Part shown: piece after piece, positions 29,610-40,525 of the stretch | How positions within the stretch are numbered: position 1 is the first letter of the stretch | Layout: the number at the start of each line of letters is the position of its first letter | Assembly: GCA_964350245.1 (NCBI GenBank) | Contig: CAYGJC010000003.1 | Location: 97,180 to 161,179, forward strand | Origin: an uncultured bacterium | GTDB taxonomy: Bacteria > Chlamydiota > Chlamydiia > Chlamydiales > JAAKFR01 | Direction of reading: 5' to 3' | DNA length: 64,000 nucleotides | Position numbers and translations under genes: made by a program | Notes under the pieces: generated by a model | What the model saw: only the letters and a program-made list of their open reading frames with translations | Database searches by the model: none | Told to the model about the DNA's origin: nothing

Positions 29610-31340
29610 ATGTCAAAAAACGCAGAATACACCTGGTCAGCAAAAAATATCCTTGATGATGTCGATTATCAAGAGTCTGATGCTGAGCTTTTTAAACAAC
29701 TTCTTCACGGTTCAAAAGCCAACGAAGAAGATCAAACAGTGAAGATGGCTCCCGGAACCATTCTCAAAGGTACAATCGTTGAAATCGGAAAGGATTATGT
29801 TGTTGTAGATGTAGGACTTAAATCCGAAGGCCTAGTTCCTGTCTCAGAGTTCTACGACACCTCAGAGCTCGCCTTAGATAATGAGGTAGAGGTCTACCTT
29901 GATCGTGCAGAAGACGAGAATGGCCAAATTGTGCTTTCTCGAGAGAAAGCCTCACGCCAAAGACAGTGGGAGCACATTCTGGAGCACTGTGAAGAAGGAT
30001 CTATCGTTAAGGGTAAGATCATCCGTAAGGTGAAAGGTGGCTTGATGGTAGACATCGGCATGGAAGCCTTCCTCCCCGGCTCTCAAATCGATAATAAGCG
30101 CATTAAGAATTTGGATGAGTATCTAGGTAAAACCTGCGAATTTAAGATTCTTAAGATTAACATCGAAAGAAAAAATGTTGTCGTCTCTAGACGAGAGCTT
30201 CTCGAAGCAGAGCGAATCTCGAAAAAGGCTGAACTCCTTGAGGAAATCCAAGTGGGTGATGTCCGAAAAGGTCAGGTTAAAAACATCACTGATTTCGGTG
30301 TTTTCCTTGATCTAGATGGCATTGATGGCTTGCTACATATTACGGACATGACATGGAAGCGGATCAAACATCCTTCTGAGATGGTTGACCTTGGTGAAGA
30401 GCTTGAGGTGATGATCTTGAGCATCGACAAAGAAAAAGGTCGTGTGGCTCTTGGCTTGAAACAAAAAGAGCACAATCCGTGGGATGATATCGAAAAGAAA
30501 TACCCACCAGGTACACGAGTCAGCGGGAAAATTGTCAAGCTACTCCCCTACGGCGCTTTTATTGAGATTGAGCCCGGAATTGAGGGGCTGATTCACGTCT
30601 CTGAAATGTCATGGGTGAAAAATGTAACCGATCCCAACGAAGTGGTCAATAAGGGCGATGAGGTCAATGCGATCGTTCTTTCTGTCCAAAAAGAGGAAGG
30701 AAAGATCTCTTTGGGAATTAAGCAAACCGAGCACAACCCTTGGGATGACATTGACCAAAAGTATCCGATTGAGTCCAGTGTCAAGGCTGAGGTAAAGAGC
30801 TTAACCAACTACGGCGCCTTTGTTGAGCTAGAGCCGGGTATCGAGGGTTTGATCCACATCTCAGACATGAGCTGGATTAAAAAAGTCTCGCACCCCTCAG
30901 AGCTGTTTAAGAAAGGTGATCAGGTTGAGGCTGTCATCCTATCAGTGGATAAAGAGAGTAAGAAAATCACACTGGGCGTAAAACAGTTAAGCACAAATCC
31001 TTGGGAACAAATTGAAAAAACGATTCCTGTTGGCACACTTGTCAAAGGAACCGTCACGAAAATCACAGCTTTTGGCGCTTTTGTAGAGTTAGACAATGGA
31101 ATTGAAGGATTGATTCATGTGACAGAGCTTTCTGACCAAGCGTTTGCTAAGGTCGAAGATGTGATTGCTGTGGGTGATCCTGTTTCAGCAAAAGTGATTA
31201 AACTCGATCCTGAGCATAAAAAAGTCTCTCTATCAGTTAAAGAATATCAAATTGAACATACGCAAGTGAATCATGATGATATTGTGATTGCTGGTGACGA
31301 TGCTGAAGAGGAGAGTACTGCTGCCGAGGCGCGTGAGTGA
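29610..31340 (+). CDS. rpsA: 30S ribosomal protein S1
   Basis: Six S1 domains ([55 protein letters not shown]). Confidence 0.98.
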   Translation: MSKNAEYTWSAKNILDDVDYQESDAELFKQLLHGSKANEEDQTVKMAPGTILKGTIVEIGKDYVVVDVGLKSEGLVPVSEFYDTSELALDNEVEVYLDRAEDENGQIVLSREKASRQRQWEHILEHCEEGSIVKGKIIRKVKGGLMVDIGMEAFLPGSQIDNKRIKNLDEYLGKTCEFKILKINIERKNVVVSRRELLEAERISKKAELLEEIQVGDVRKGQVKNITDFGVFLDLDGIDGLLHITDMTWKRIKHPSEMVDLGEELEVMILSIDKEKGRVALGLKQKEHNPWDDIEKKYPPGTRVSGKIVKLLPYGAFIEIEPGIEGLIHVSEMSWVKNVTDPNEVVNKGDEVNAIVLSVQKEEGKISLGIKQTEHNPWDDIDQKYPIESSVKAEVKSLTNYGAFVELEPGIEGLIHISDMSWIKKVSHPSELFKKGDQVEAVILSVDKESKKITLGVKQLSTNPWEQIEKTIPVGTLVKGTVTKITAFGAFVELDNGIEGLIHVTELSDQAFAKVEDVIAVGDPVSAKVIKLDPEHKKVSLSVKEYQIEHTQVNHDDIVIAGDDAEEESTAAEARE

Positions 31341-31373
31341 GGCTTGCCTCCGGTTAGGTAGCGTTTACCTCTG

Positions 31374-31406
31374 AACCGAAGGAAACATACCTCCTTCGGT
31401 TTTTTT
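31374..31406 (+). terminator. Intrinsic terminator between rpsA and nusA
   Basis: Stem AACCGAAGGA / TCCTTCGGTT with 8-nt loop followed by a T run. Confidence 0.75.
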
Positions 31407-31434
31407 AAGTTTTAAAAAGTGAGATGAAACCATA

Positions 31435-32709
31435 ATGAATAAAGATCTCGTAGCCATTTTTGAATACATGGAGCGTGAAAAGGGCATCAAGCGCGATGTG
31501 GTGATTACTGCTATTGAAACAGCCCTAAGAGCTGCTGCCCGTAAAAGCATTAAAGAAGAAGCCAATGTTGCCGTTCAGATCAACCCGAAATCCGGCAATA
31601 TCGAAGTTTTCTGCGAGAAAGAAATTGTCGACTCTGTTGAGCATCCAGCAAAAGAGATTTCCTTAACTGCAGCGCAAGAGCTCGATCCAGACTGCGAATT
31701 GGGGCAATTTATCGATGTGCCTGTCACTCCTAAAAACTTTGGCCGAATTGCCGCGCAAACCGCGCGTCAAATCATCTCTCAAAAGCTACGTGGAGCCGAA
31801 AGAGATGTGATCTACGAGGAGTATCGTCATCGTGCCAATGAAATCATCTCAGGGGTTGTGAAACGGTTTGCCAGAGGCGCTAATCTTGTTGTGGACTTGG
31901 GCAAAGTCGAGGCGCTCCTTCCTGCACGTAATTATCCTAAGACAGAGAAATACAAAGTGGGCGATCGCATCTATGCCTTGTTACAAGGTGTGCAAGACTT
32001 AGAGAACGGAGGTGCCGAGGTTATTTTATCGCGTAGTCATCCTGAGTTTGTCAGACAGCTTTTCCTGCAAGAGGTGCCGGAGTTAGACGATAACACAATT
32101 GAGATGGTCAAAATTGTACGCGACGCCGGTTACCGCACAAAGCTTACCGTGCGCTCTTCAGATTCTAGAGTGGACCCTGTAGGAGCGTGCGTCGGAATGC
32201 GAGGTAATCGAGTGAAAAATGTCATCCGAGAACTCAACAATGAGAAAATTGACATTATTCCTTTCAGCACAGATCCGGTCGAGCTGCTTCAAAACATCCT
32301 CTCCCCTATCGAAATCCGAAAAATCGGGGTGAACGAAGAAGAAAATGTCGTGGCCATCGTGGTAGATGATGCCGACTATGCGGCGGTCATCGGTAAGCGG
32401 GGGATGAATGCCAGGCTGACTGGAGAATTAATTGGCTATGAGCTTGAAGTACAACGGATGAGCGAGTACAATAAGCTGCTTGAAATCCAGCGTTTCCAAC
32501 TCGCGGAAAGTGACGATCCTGTATTGGATCAACCTCTAAAAATAGAGGGTATCAATAGGCTGATCGTAGAAAACTTAGTGCAAGCAGGTTTTGATACGAT
32601 GAGGAAGGTCTTAGCGGCTAATGTCGATGCGCTCATCGATGTTCCGGGGATCAGTCTTGAAATGGCCTATAAAATTTTAGAAGAAGTGAGCAAAGCACGG
32701 AGTGAGTAA
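31435..32709 (+). CDS. nusA: Transcription termination factor NusA
   Basis: [12 protein letters not shown]1 and KH domains, [22 protein letters not shown]. Confidence 0.98.
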   Translation: MNKDLVAIFEYMEREKGIKRDVVITAIETALRAAARKSIKEEANVAVQINPKSGNIEVFCEKEIVDSVEHPAKEISLTAAQELDPDCELGQFIDVPVTPKNFGRIAAQTARQIISQKLRGAERDVIYEEYRHRANEIISGVVKRFARGANLVVDLGKVEALLPARNYPKTEKYKVGDRIYALLQGVQDLENGGAEVILSRSHPEFVRQLFLQEVPELDDNTIEMVKIVRDAGYRTKLTVRSSDSRVDPVGACVGMRGNRVKNVIRELNNEKIDIIPFSTDPVELLQNILSPIEIRKIGVNEEENVVAIVVDDADYAAVIGKRGMNARLTGELIGYELEVQRMSEYNKLLEIQRFQLAESDDPVLDQPLKIEGINRLIVENLVQAGFDTMRKVLAANVDALIDVPGISLEMAYKILEEVSKARSE

Positions 32710-32711
32710 AC

Positions 32712-35189
32712 TTGGCTAAAAACCTTAAACTCAAAATCAAAAACACCCAACTTGCCAAAGCAGCCGGGCTTGATAAGCTCAAGGCAAAGCTTTCGGGCGA
32801 GTCGAAAAAAGAGAAAGAGGCCAAGCCGAAAGCGAAAAAAGCTAAGGAAAAGCCCCCTGAGGCTTCTCCTGAAACAGAAGAGCAGGCACCTCGTCGTATT
32901 CGGGCAAAATCAAAATCAGCTTTTGCCAAAGAGGAAGCGCCTCCTCCAGCTGAAGAGAAAACGGAAACCATTCCTCCTCCAGAAGAGCCTGAGCCTTTAG
33001 AAGAGGAGGTTGTCGAAGAAGCCCCTCCCCCAGTTGAGACAGCTGCAGAGAAGCCTGAAATCGTAGAAGAAAAAAAAGCTCCTCCTCAAACTCCTGTGGA
33101 AAAATTAGGGCCCACAGGAAGGCATATTAAGGATCTCCTACCTCCCAAACGTGAGCCTTCCCAAAAGAGTGAAACTGCTGCCGCTAAGGAAAAGCCTAAA
33201 TCGACTCCGAATCGACCTCAAGAAACCACTTCTCCGGCAAAAAAAGGGAAGAAAGTACGCGATTTCAAAGATCTAAAACCGGCTAAACGTACAGCACCCA
33301 AATCCTTCGATTCGCGAGACCGAAAAGGTTTGTCTGAGCGAGACGATGGACGGTGGAGGAAAAAACGTCCCGCTAAATCACAATACCGCCGCACAGAAGA
33401 ACAAGAGATTATTCGTCCGACAGAGCTTTCGGTGCGTCTCCCCATTACTTTAAAAGACCTTGCATCGGCTATGAAGCTTAAAGTGGGCGAGATGATCCAA
33501 AAACTCTTTCTCCATGGCATGGCCTATACGTTAAACCAAGTGATTGAGGATGAAACGACCGCTCAGTTTATCGGCGCTGAATTTGGCTGTGAGATCACCG
33601 TCGACACCTCTGAAGACGAGCGCATTCAAATCACCAGTCAATCTATCCGGGAAGAAATCGCACAAAGCCCTCCTGAAGACTTGGAGTACCGTCCTCCGGT
33701 TGTCGCTTTTATGGGTCACGTAGACCACGGAAAAACAAGTCTCATTGACACGATCCGTACCAGTAATATTGTAGCAGGTGAAGCAGGTGCAATCACGCAG
33801 CATATTGGCGCATTCCGCTGTAAAACAGCCGTAGGTGACCTCACGATTCTGGATACTCCCGGTCACGAAGCCTTTTCGGCTATGCGAGCCCGTGGAGCGG
33901 AGGTAACCGACATTGTTGTGCTCGTCGTCGCCGGTGATGAGGGGTTGCGCGCCCAGACAACCGAGGCCATCCAGCATGCAAAAGAAGCGGGTGTGACCAT
34001 TGTGGTTGCTATCAACAAGTGCGACAAGCCCAACTTCAATGCGGAAAATGTCTACCGTGAGCTCTCTGAAATTGAATTGCTTCCTGAAGCTTGGGGTGGA
34101 ACGACGATTACGGTCAACACCTCGGCTATAACCAAAGAAGGAATTCCGGAACTTTTAGAAATGTTAGCTCTTCAAGCGGAAGTTTTGGAACTCAAAGCCA
34201 ATCCAAAAGCCAGAGCGCGTGGAACGGTTCTTGAATCCGAGCTCCATAAGGGTCTGGGCAATGTTACAACTGTTTTGATTCAAAATGGGACACTTAACCA
34301 GGGCGATGCTCTTGTTTTTGAACGGGATTGGGGGCGTGTCAAAACCATGCATGACGAGCATGGAGCGTTGCTTAAACAGGCAACTCCCTCGACCCCTGTT
34401 GAAATTACAGGACTTTCAGGACTCCCCTCTGCAGGTGATCCATTTATTGTTGTGAAGAGTGAAAAAGAGGCAAAACACATTGTTGAATCGCGTCAAATAG
34501 GCCGAGAACAGCGCGCACTTCAACAAAGGCAGCTCCCAACGCTCGAGAAATTCTTACAAGACGGTGAGGGAGCCAAAAAGGTCTTAAAACTCATTCTTCG
34601 TGCGGATGTTCAAGGATCTGCTGAGGCGCTTAAAACCTCTATTTTAAAAATCGAGTCTGACAAAGCCGAAGCAGACGTTATTTTCATGGGTGTAGGAGAG
34701 ATTTCAGAATCTGATGTACAGCTTGCGGCTGCTTCTAACGCAATTATTTTTGGCTTCCATACCGCTATTGAGAGCCATGCCGAGCCCCTGATTAAAGAGC
34801 TTGGAGTGACAGTTCGTATGTTCGATGTCATCTATCATGCCATTGATGAGGTCAAAGCACTCATGCTCGGTCTACTCGATAAGATTGCTGAGGAAAAAGA
34901 GACAGGGACAGCCCAGGTAAAAGCCACCTTCAAGTCATCGCAAATTGGAGTGATTGCCGGCTGTTTGATTTCTGATGGAATCATCAAGCGTAACCATCGT
35001 GTCCGTGTTTTGCGTGACGGGCAAGAAGTTTGGAAGGGGGCTATTGCCTCTATTAAGCGAGAGAAAGACGACGTCAAGGAGATCAAGAAAGGGTTTGAAT
35101 GCGGAATCGTACTGGATGGTTTCAATGACATTAAGGAAGAAGATGTGATTCAAGCCTTTGAAATTGTTTACCGATCACAAGAGCTATAA
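32712..35189 (+). CDS. infB: Translation initiation factor IF-2
   Basis: TTG start; [44 protein letters not shown]. Confidence 0.98.
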   Translation: MAKNLKLKIKNTQLAKAAGLDKLKAKLSGESKKEKEAKPKAKKAKEKPPEASPETEEQAPRRIRAKSKSAFAKEEAPPPAEEKTETIPPPEEPEPLEEEVVEEAPPPVETAAEKPEIVEEKKAPPQTPVEKLGPTGRHIKDLLPPKREPSQKSETAAAKEKPKSTPNRPQETTSPAKKGKKVRDFKDLKPAKRTAPKSFDSRDRKGLSERDDGRWRKKRPAKSQYRRTEEQEIIRPTELSVRLPITLKDLASAMKLKVGEMIQKLFLHGMAYTLNQVIEDETTAQFIGAEFGCEITVDTSEDERIQITSQSIREEIAQSPPEDLEYRPPVVAFMGHVDHGKTSLIDTIRTSNIVAGEAGAITQHIGAFRCKTAVGDLTILDTPGHEAFSAMRARGAEVTDIVVLVVAGDEGLRAQTTEAIQHAKEAGVTIVVAINKCDKPNFNAENVYRELSEIELLPEAWGGTTITVNTSAITKEGIPELLEMLALQAEVLELKANPKARARGTVLESELHKGLGNVTTVLIQNGTLNQGDALVFERDWGRVKTMHDEHGALLKQATPSTPVEITGLSGLPSAGDPFIVVKSEKEAKHIVESRQIGREQRALQQRQLPTLEKFLQDGEGAKKVLKLILRADVQGSAEALKTSILKIESDKAEADVIFMGVGEISESDVQLAAASNAIIFGFHTAIESHAEPLIKELGVTVRMFDVIYHAIDEVKALMLGLLDKIAEEKETGTAQVKATFKSSQIGVIAGCLISDGIIKRNHRVRVLRDGQEVWKGAIASIKREKDDVKEIKKGFECGIVLDGFNDIKEEDVIQAFEIVYRSQEL

Positions 35190-35191
35190 AA

Positions 35192-35560
35192 ATGAGTGAG
35201 AGGCGCATAGAGAAAATGAACTCGCTTCTCAAAGAAGTGATTTCGGATGTAATACGGACCGAGGTCAAAAATCCTCATCTACACGAGTTGATTACGATCA
35301 CACATGTTGAGATCACAAAAGATCTTCGTCATGCTAAAGTCTATGTCAGTGTGATCGGAGAGGAAAAAGAGAAAAGTGAGGCCATGGGTGTACTCCGTTC
35401 TGCCGCTGGCTTCATCGCTGTTCAGGCTTCTAAACAAGTGACGATGCGCTACTTTCCGGAGCTGAAGTTTATTTTGGATGATTCGGTTGATCAGCAAATG
35501 CAAATTGATAAGCTCCTATCGGATATCCAAGCAGAGCGGGAGTCACGTGAGCATGAATGA
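35192..35560 (+). CDS. rbfA: Ribosome-binding factor A
   Basis: [28 protein letters not shown]; position after infB. Confidence 0.95.
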   Translation: MSERRIEKMNSLLKEVISDVIRTEVKNPHLHELITITHVEITKDLRHAKVYVSVIGEEKEKSEAMGVLRSAAGFIAVQASKQVTMRYFPELKFILDDSVDQQMQIDKLLSDIQAERESREHE

Positions 35561-36263
35561 GGCCACCACTTTACTGGAGGGGATTTTATTAGTAGATAAG
35601 CCACAAGGTCGCACTTCTTTTAGCCTAATTAGAGCCCTACGTAAACTGACCGGCATTCGTAAAATTGGGCATTCGGGCACCTTAGATCCGTTTGCAACCG
35701 GTGTGATGGTGATGCTGATCGGTCGCGCCTATACGCGTCTTTCTGACCAGCTTTTGTGCCAAGACAAGGAATATCTTGCTGAGGTCAACCTGGGTGTGAA
35801 CACAGACACTTATGACTGCGATGGCAAAGTGGTGGCGCGTTCTAAGAAAGTGCCCACACTTGAGCAAATTCAAGAAGCTTTGACCTACTTCCAGGGTGAG
35901 ATCGAACAGATCCCTCCGATGTATTCGGCCAAAAAAATAGGCGGAAAAAAGTTATATGAGCTCGCTCGAAGCGGTATCGAGGTTGAACGCCTACCAGCCA
36001 AGGTGAGCGTTGAGACCGAGCTTGTCACCTACGCCTATCCCCACCTATCGTTGAAGGTAGCCTGCTCTAAGGGAACCTACATTCGCAGCATTGCCTATGA
36101 GCTAGGTAAACGATTAGGATGTGGAGCTCATCTCTCCCAACTCCAGCGTACCCGTAGTGGAGTGTATAGAATTGACGACTGCTTGGATGGTAATCTGCTG
36201 GATCAAACCGATTTTGATATCACGCCTTATTTGAAAGTCCATGAAAACAGTTTATCAACTTGA
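35553..36263 (+). CDS. truB: tRNA pseudouridine(55) synthase TruB
   Basis: [39 protein letters not shown]. Likely ATG 35553. Confidence 0.96.
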   Translation: MNEATTLLEGILLVDKPQGRTSFSLIRALRKLTGIRKIGHSGTLDPFATGVMVMLIGRAYTRLSDQLLCQDKEYLAEVNLGVNTDTYDCDGKVVARSKKVPTLEQIQEALTYFQGEIEQIPPMYSAKKIGGKKLYELARSGIEVERLPAKVSVETELVTYAYPHLSLKVACSKGTYIRSIAYELGKRLGCGAHLSQLQRTRSGVYRIDDCLDGNLLDQTDFDITPYLKVHENSLST

Positions 36264-37155
36264 GGATTTTGAGCCCTCTCAAACTCCCCTCTCCTTAACA
36301 ATTGGGAATTTTGATGGTGTTCATTTGGGGCATCAGGCGGTCTTAGCGAGACTCCAAAACCAAAAAGTTGTCTTTACTTTCTCCAACCATCCCCTTGAAG
36401 TACTGAAACAGCAACCTTTTTACTCCCTGATTACCCCCTTACATCGACTTTACCTTTTTGAAAAGCTCGGCATAGACACCACAATCTTACTTCCCTTCAC
36501 AGAAGCCTTTTCAAAACAGAGCCCCGAGGATTTTTTGTTGAAGTTACGCGCCTCAGTTCCTTTCACTCATCTTGTTCTCGGCTATGATGCGGTGCTCGGA
36601 CATGATCGGAAGGGAGATCCTTTTTTAGTAAGGGCTCTTGCTCAAAAGCATGGATTTTCTCTCGACTACATTGACCCCATCTCCACTGACGGCAACATTG
36701 TCTCCAGCAGCGCGATTCGCACACACATCCAAGAGGGAAACTTTGCCCAAGCTAGCACCCTTTTGGGACGTCCCTATTCCATCATGACACAAGTAGAGCC
36801 CGGAGAGCAGAAGGGACGGGTCCTGGGTTTTCAAACAGCTAATTTGAAAGTACACTCTCTTTGTTTACCTCCACTTGGCGTCTATGTTGTGCGTGTGGCC
36901 CTTGAAGGAAAACCCTATTATGGCGTGGCCAATTTAGGCAATGCCCCTACCCTACACGCCAACCGCCCCCCCATTCTTGAGGTCCATCTCATTGACTTTG
37001 AGGGAGAACTCTATCAACGCACACTAGAGGTCGTCTTTCTTAAGTTTTTGCGCCCTGAGAAAAAGTTTGCTTCCATCGAAGAGCTTAAAGCCCAGATTGC
37101 GCACGATGTCCAGCTAGCTCTTGCGTACCGCAAAGAAGCGGGTGATGAGTTCTAA
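36241..37155 (+). CDS. ribF: Riboflavin kinase / FAD synthetase
   Basis: [42 protein letters not shown]. Confidence 0.95.
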   Translation: MKTVYQLEDFEPSQTPLSLTIGNFDGVHLGHQAVLARLQNQKVVFTFSNHPLEVLKQQPFYSLITPLHRLYLFEKLGIDTTILLPFTEAFSKQSPEDFLLKLRASVPFTHLVLGYDAVLGHDRKGDPFLVRALAQKHGFSLDYIDPISTDGNIVSSSAIRTHIQEGNFAQASTLLGRPYSIMTQVEPGEQKGRVLGFQTANLKVHSLCLPPLGVYVVRVALEGKPYYGVANLGNAPTLHANRPPILEVHLIDFEGELYQRTLEVVFLKFLRPEKKFASIEELKAQIAHDVQLALAYRKEAGDEF

Positions 37156-37866
37156 TAACGCCCAAATTCCACTTCCTGCACACACAATAATGGCCAACCA
37201 AAGGTAAGTAGGAACCACCGCAACAGGTGTGGGCTCTCTAAGTAAGCTCAAAAGGGGACCAATTAATAGTGCGTCATAAGCCAAAAGGGCATAGAGAAGC
37301 GGGTAGCCATTCTCCCAGATCGGCTGCACCAAACTCCAGCCGAAAAAAAGCGTGCCGCCAATCAAGACCCATCCATAAATCACTGATAGCTCATTGTTTA
37401 GCAACCAAGGAAAGTGACCCGGAATCGGCACGAGCAGATAGAGTCCTTCTAAAAGGGCAATGGAGAGCACTAGTGCAAAAAGAAGTTGAGTCGTGAAAGG
37501 GAGGCGGTCTATTTTGCGCTTAGGCCTTTTCAGCCCAAGAAAGAGAAACCAAAGAGCAAGCACGGCAATGTAGAGGGCATACTCTCCCGCCGGCATAAGG
37601 CCGGAGATTTGAGAAGAGAGGCGAAGGAGATAAAACCCAGCAGCGCCAAAGGTCAGCATGACACTCAAACTCCCCCCAACAAGCGCACGGTATGTACCGG
37701 TGATTCCAATCCATAGAGTGGGAATCGCATAAGCGGTCAGAGTGGCCCCGATCAGATAGAGGTTCAGCCAGAAAGTAGGAATTTTTGGAGTTCCCCACAT
37801 TAGCAGCATGCCGACTAGTAAAAAAAACAGGCCGGCAATCATCACAATCCATCGCACAATCTGCAT
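37114..37866 (-). CDS. Hypothetical polytopic membrane protein
   Basis: About 250 aa from ATG 37866 with 7-8 hydrophobic segments; convergent overlap with ribF. Confidence 0.65.
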   Translation of the reverse strand: MQIVRWIVMIAGLFFLLVGMLLMWGTPKIPTFWLNLYLIGATLTAYAIPTLWIGITGTYRALVGGSLSVMLTFGAAGFYLLRLSSQISGLMPAGEYALYIAVLALWFLFLGLKRPKRKIDRLPFTTQLLFALVLSIALLEGLYLLVPIPGHFPWLLNNELSVIYGWVLIGGTLFFGWSLVQPIWENGYPLLYALLAYDALLIGPLLSLLREPTPVAVVPTYLWLAIIVCAGSGIWALLELITRFFAVRKS

Positions 37867-37985
37867 GACAACACCCCAGTTTGGTTTAAACACTAGCCAT
37901 ACCACTTCTGAAACAAAGTGGCAAGGGGTTGCCAAAATATTAAGATTAAGTTAATTTGTTTTTTTTCTATAAATCGAGAGGCTCT

Positions 37986-38318
37986 ATGACTACTACCCCC
38001 ATTCCCTCGCCACCACTGCCTCGCATGGATGCTCTAAAGGCTGTTTTTAATCAGACGGGGCGTCTTGCCTCGTTAGTGAGTCAGTTTTATCAAAGCTATC
38101 ACCGAATCTGCACGTTTTATTGCCTTTTCGAAGATCGACAGCTACCGCCTCGCGTCATGAAAATGGAACGTGATTTTCAATTGCTAATAGAGGCTGCCTA
38201 TGCAGATGTAGGTGCTCTTGAGCTCGAGAAGCTGCTCAACCATATTGCACAGCTGGAAAAAAGTGCAGAAAAGTGTCACCTCATTGCGCTCAATCTTCAA
38301 AAAATCTTCGGGATTTAA
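37986..38318 (+). CDS. Small hypothetical protein
   Basis: ATG 37986 after GAGAGG; Thr/Pro-rich N-terminus (MTTTPIPSPPLP), helical remainder; fills the gap before ychF. Confidence 0.55.
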   Translation: MTTTPIPSPPLPRMDALKAVFNQTGRLASLVSQFYQSYHRICTFYCLFEDRQLPPRVMKMERDFQLLIEAAYADVGALELEKLLNHIAQLEKSAEKCHLIALNLQKIFGI

Positions 38319-39409
38319 TTATGAAGAAATAAGATCACATCGCCATCTTTGACGATATAGTCACGCCCTTCAGCGCGGAGCTTGCCTGCTTCTTTCGCGC
38401 CACTTCTACCATGATATGTCACCATGTCGGCATAGGAGACCACCTCAGCACGGATAAATCCTTTTTGAATATCGGTGTGAATTTTACCCGCAGCCTCCAT
38501 GGCACTCATTCCTCGCTCAATTGTCCACGCGCGTGTTTCTTTTTCCCCAGTCGTCAAATAGGTGATCAGCCCCAACATGTCAAATGAAGTGTGAATCAAA
38601 CGGTTGAGTCCGGTCTCTTCAAGTCCTAGGGAGGCAAGAAAATCCTGCTGTTCCTCCTCTTCGAGCTCGCATATCTCCGATTCGATTTTGGCGCAGATTG
38701 GAATCACTGAATTCCCCTCTTTTTCCGCATACTCACGCACCTGCTGCACGTACGCGTTTTCCATGGTGGGTAAATCATTTTCCGAAACATTTGCCGCATA
38801 CAGCACTTTCTTCTGTGTCAAGAAAGAGTAGGGTCGCAAAAGCACTCTCTCCTCATCTGCGAGTTGAAGTGTACGAACCGGTAGATCCTGGTCGAGATGG
38901 GCGCGCACTTTTTCCATGACCTGCAAGGTGGGAAGTAGCTCTTTTTTTCCCTTTACCTGCTTTTCTAAGCGGCTGATAATGTTTTGCGTCGACTGCAAAT
39001 CTGCCAAAGCAAGCTCAAGGTTGATGGTTTCAATATCATCAATGGGATGGACTTTTCCCCCCACATGGATGATGTCTTCGCTATCAAAGCAACGCACCAC
39101 ATGGACAATCGCATCGGTTTCCCTGATATGGGTGAGAAACTGGTTGCCAAGCCCCTCTCCTTGAGAAGCGCCCTTCACCAAACCGGCGATGTCTACAAAG
39201 CGCATGGTGGCATAAATAATTTGTTCACTACCTGATAAGTTAGAGAGAACCCCTAATCTTGGATCGGTTACATTCACCACTCCAACATTGGGATCAATCG
39301 TACAAAAGGGATAATTCGAAGAAGCCGCCCCAGCACGAGTAAGCGCGTTAAATAGAGTGGATTTACCCACATTAGGCAATCCTACGATTCCACAAGCTAA
39401 TTCAGACAT
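38315..39409 (-). CDS. ychF: Redox-regulated ATPase YchF
   Basis: GIVGLPNVGKSTLFNALT, YPFCTIDPN, DIAGLVKGASQGEGLGNQFL, IHTDIQKGFIRAE. True start MSELACG at 39409. Confidence 0.97.
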   Translation of the reverse strand: MSELACGIVGLPNVGKSTLFNALTRAGAASSNYPFCTIDPNVGVVNVTDPRLGVLSNLSGSEQIIYATMRFVDIAGLVKGASQGEGLGNQFLTHIRETDAIVHVVRCFDSEDIIHVGGKVHPIDDIETINLELALADLQSTQNIISRLEKQVKGKKELLPTLQVMEKVRAHLDQDLPVRTLQLADEERVLLRPYSFLTQKKVLYAANVSENDLPTMENAYVQQVREYAEKEGNSVIPICAKIESEICELEEEEQQDFLASLGLEETGLNRLIHTSFDMLGLITYLTTGEKETRAWTIERGMSAMEAAGKIHTDIQKGFIRAEVVSYADMVTYHGRSGAKEAGKLRAEGRDYIVKDGDVILFLHN

Positions 39410-39472
39410 AGTGGAAGTATTGTAAGACATGAAGATGTTTTCTGGAAAGAAGGTATCTCTTATAGTGGAGAA

Positions 39473-40525
39473 ATGGCTGAAAAAACCGAAAAGGCAACCC
39501 CGAAGAAGCTGAAAGATGCCCGGAAAAAAGGGCAGGTCGCCAAGTCTCAAGACTTCCCTTCTGCCATGACCTTCGTCACCGCAGTGGCTCTTACTCTCTA
39601 TATGGGCACCTACCTGTACAATCAGATTGGTGGGTTTATGATTGAGCTCTTCACAGCCGCCCCTCAAACAGATCTACTTGTGACAGCTCCCTTCTATCTC
39701 CAAGAGATGATCTCTGTTATTTTAAAGGCGTCGCTTCCCATTGCAGGCATCGTCTCGCTTGTGGGACTGATCGTCGGCTTTTTGGTGGTCGGCCCCACCT
39801 TTGCTGTTGAAGTCTTCAAGCCGAATCCTAAGAAATTCAACCCGGTAGACAATCTTAAACAGAAATTTAAGATGAAAACATTGGTGGAATTGATTAAATC
39901 GGTTCTAAAGATTTTTGGCGCAGCCCTTTTGATTTTTCTCGCTGTACGCCACAGTATTCGGGATCTGGTGGCAACGATCGCACTGCCCCCTGAAGCTTCG
40001 TTGATTATCTTTAAAAAGATCATTTATAAGGTGGTCGTTTGGATCGGGATTTACTTTATTTTGATCGCTCTTGCCGACTTACTCTATCAACGCTATAACT
40101 TCGGCAAAGAGATGAAGATGGAAAAGTTTGAGGTGAAACAGGAGTATAAGGATACGGAAGGAAATCCTGAGATTAAGGGAAAAAGACGGCAACTGGCTCA
40201 AGAGATTGCCTACGATGAGGGAACGACCAACATTCGAAGAGCTAAAGCCGTTGTCACAAACCCAAGAGACGTGGCTGTGGCCATTGGATATGAACCAGAA
40301 AAATATAAAGCCCCGTGGATCATTGCGATGGGGACAGAAAAGCGGGCTCTCAGTATGATAGCCCAAGCGGAGAAGTACCAAATTCCGATTATGCGCAACG
40401 TTCCGCTGGCACACCAATTGCTTGATGAGGGTGAGGTGAATAAGTTTGTTCCCGAGACGACCTACGATGCAGTTGGGGAAATTTTACTCTATGTGATCTC
40501 TTTGCGCGTAGAAGAAGGCGAATAG
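39473..40525 (+). CDS. sctU: T3SS export apparatus switch protein SctU (CdsU/YscU)
   Basis: EKTEKATPKKL.DARKKGQVAKS, 4 TMs, EVKQEYKDTEGNPEIK, autocleavage-site NP in TNPRD. Confidence 0.95.
   Translation: MAEKTEKATPKKLKDARKKGQVAKSQDFPSAMTFVTAVALTLYMGTYLYNQIGGFMIELFTAAPQTDLLVTAPFYLQEMISVILKASLPIAGIVSLVGLIVGFLVVGPTFAVEVFKPNPKKFNPVDNLKQKFKMKTLVELIKSVLKIFGAALLIFLAVRHSIRDLVATIALPPEASLIIFKKIIYKVVVWIGIYFILIALADLLYQRYNFGKEMKMEKFEVKQEYKDTEGNPEIKGKRRQLAQEIAYDEGTTNIRRAKAVVTNPRDVAVAIGYEPEKYKAPWIIAMGTEKRALSMIAQAEKYQIPIMRNVPLAHQLLDEGEVNKFVPETTYDAVGEILLYVISLRVEEGE

Noticed and set aside
29610-31340. Repeated DNA/protein segments within rpsA
   Set aside because: Ordinary tandem S1 domains.
39410-39667. Apparent 86-aa N-terminal extension of YchF overlapping sctU
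   Set aside because: Artefact of the longest-ORF rule; YchF homology starts at MSELACG (39409) and most of the extension is the antisense of sctU.
40250-40275. SctU autocleavage motif reads NPRD rather than NPTH
   Set aside because: The catalytic NP is intact and chlamydial CdsU is recalled to carry a similar NPKD variant, so this is a lineage trait.
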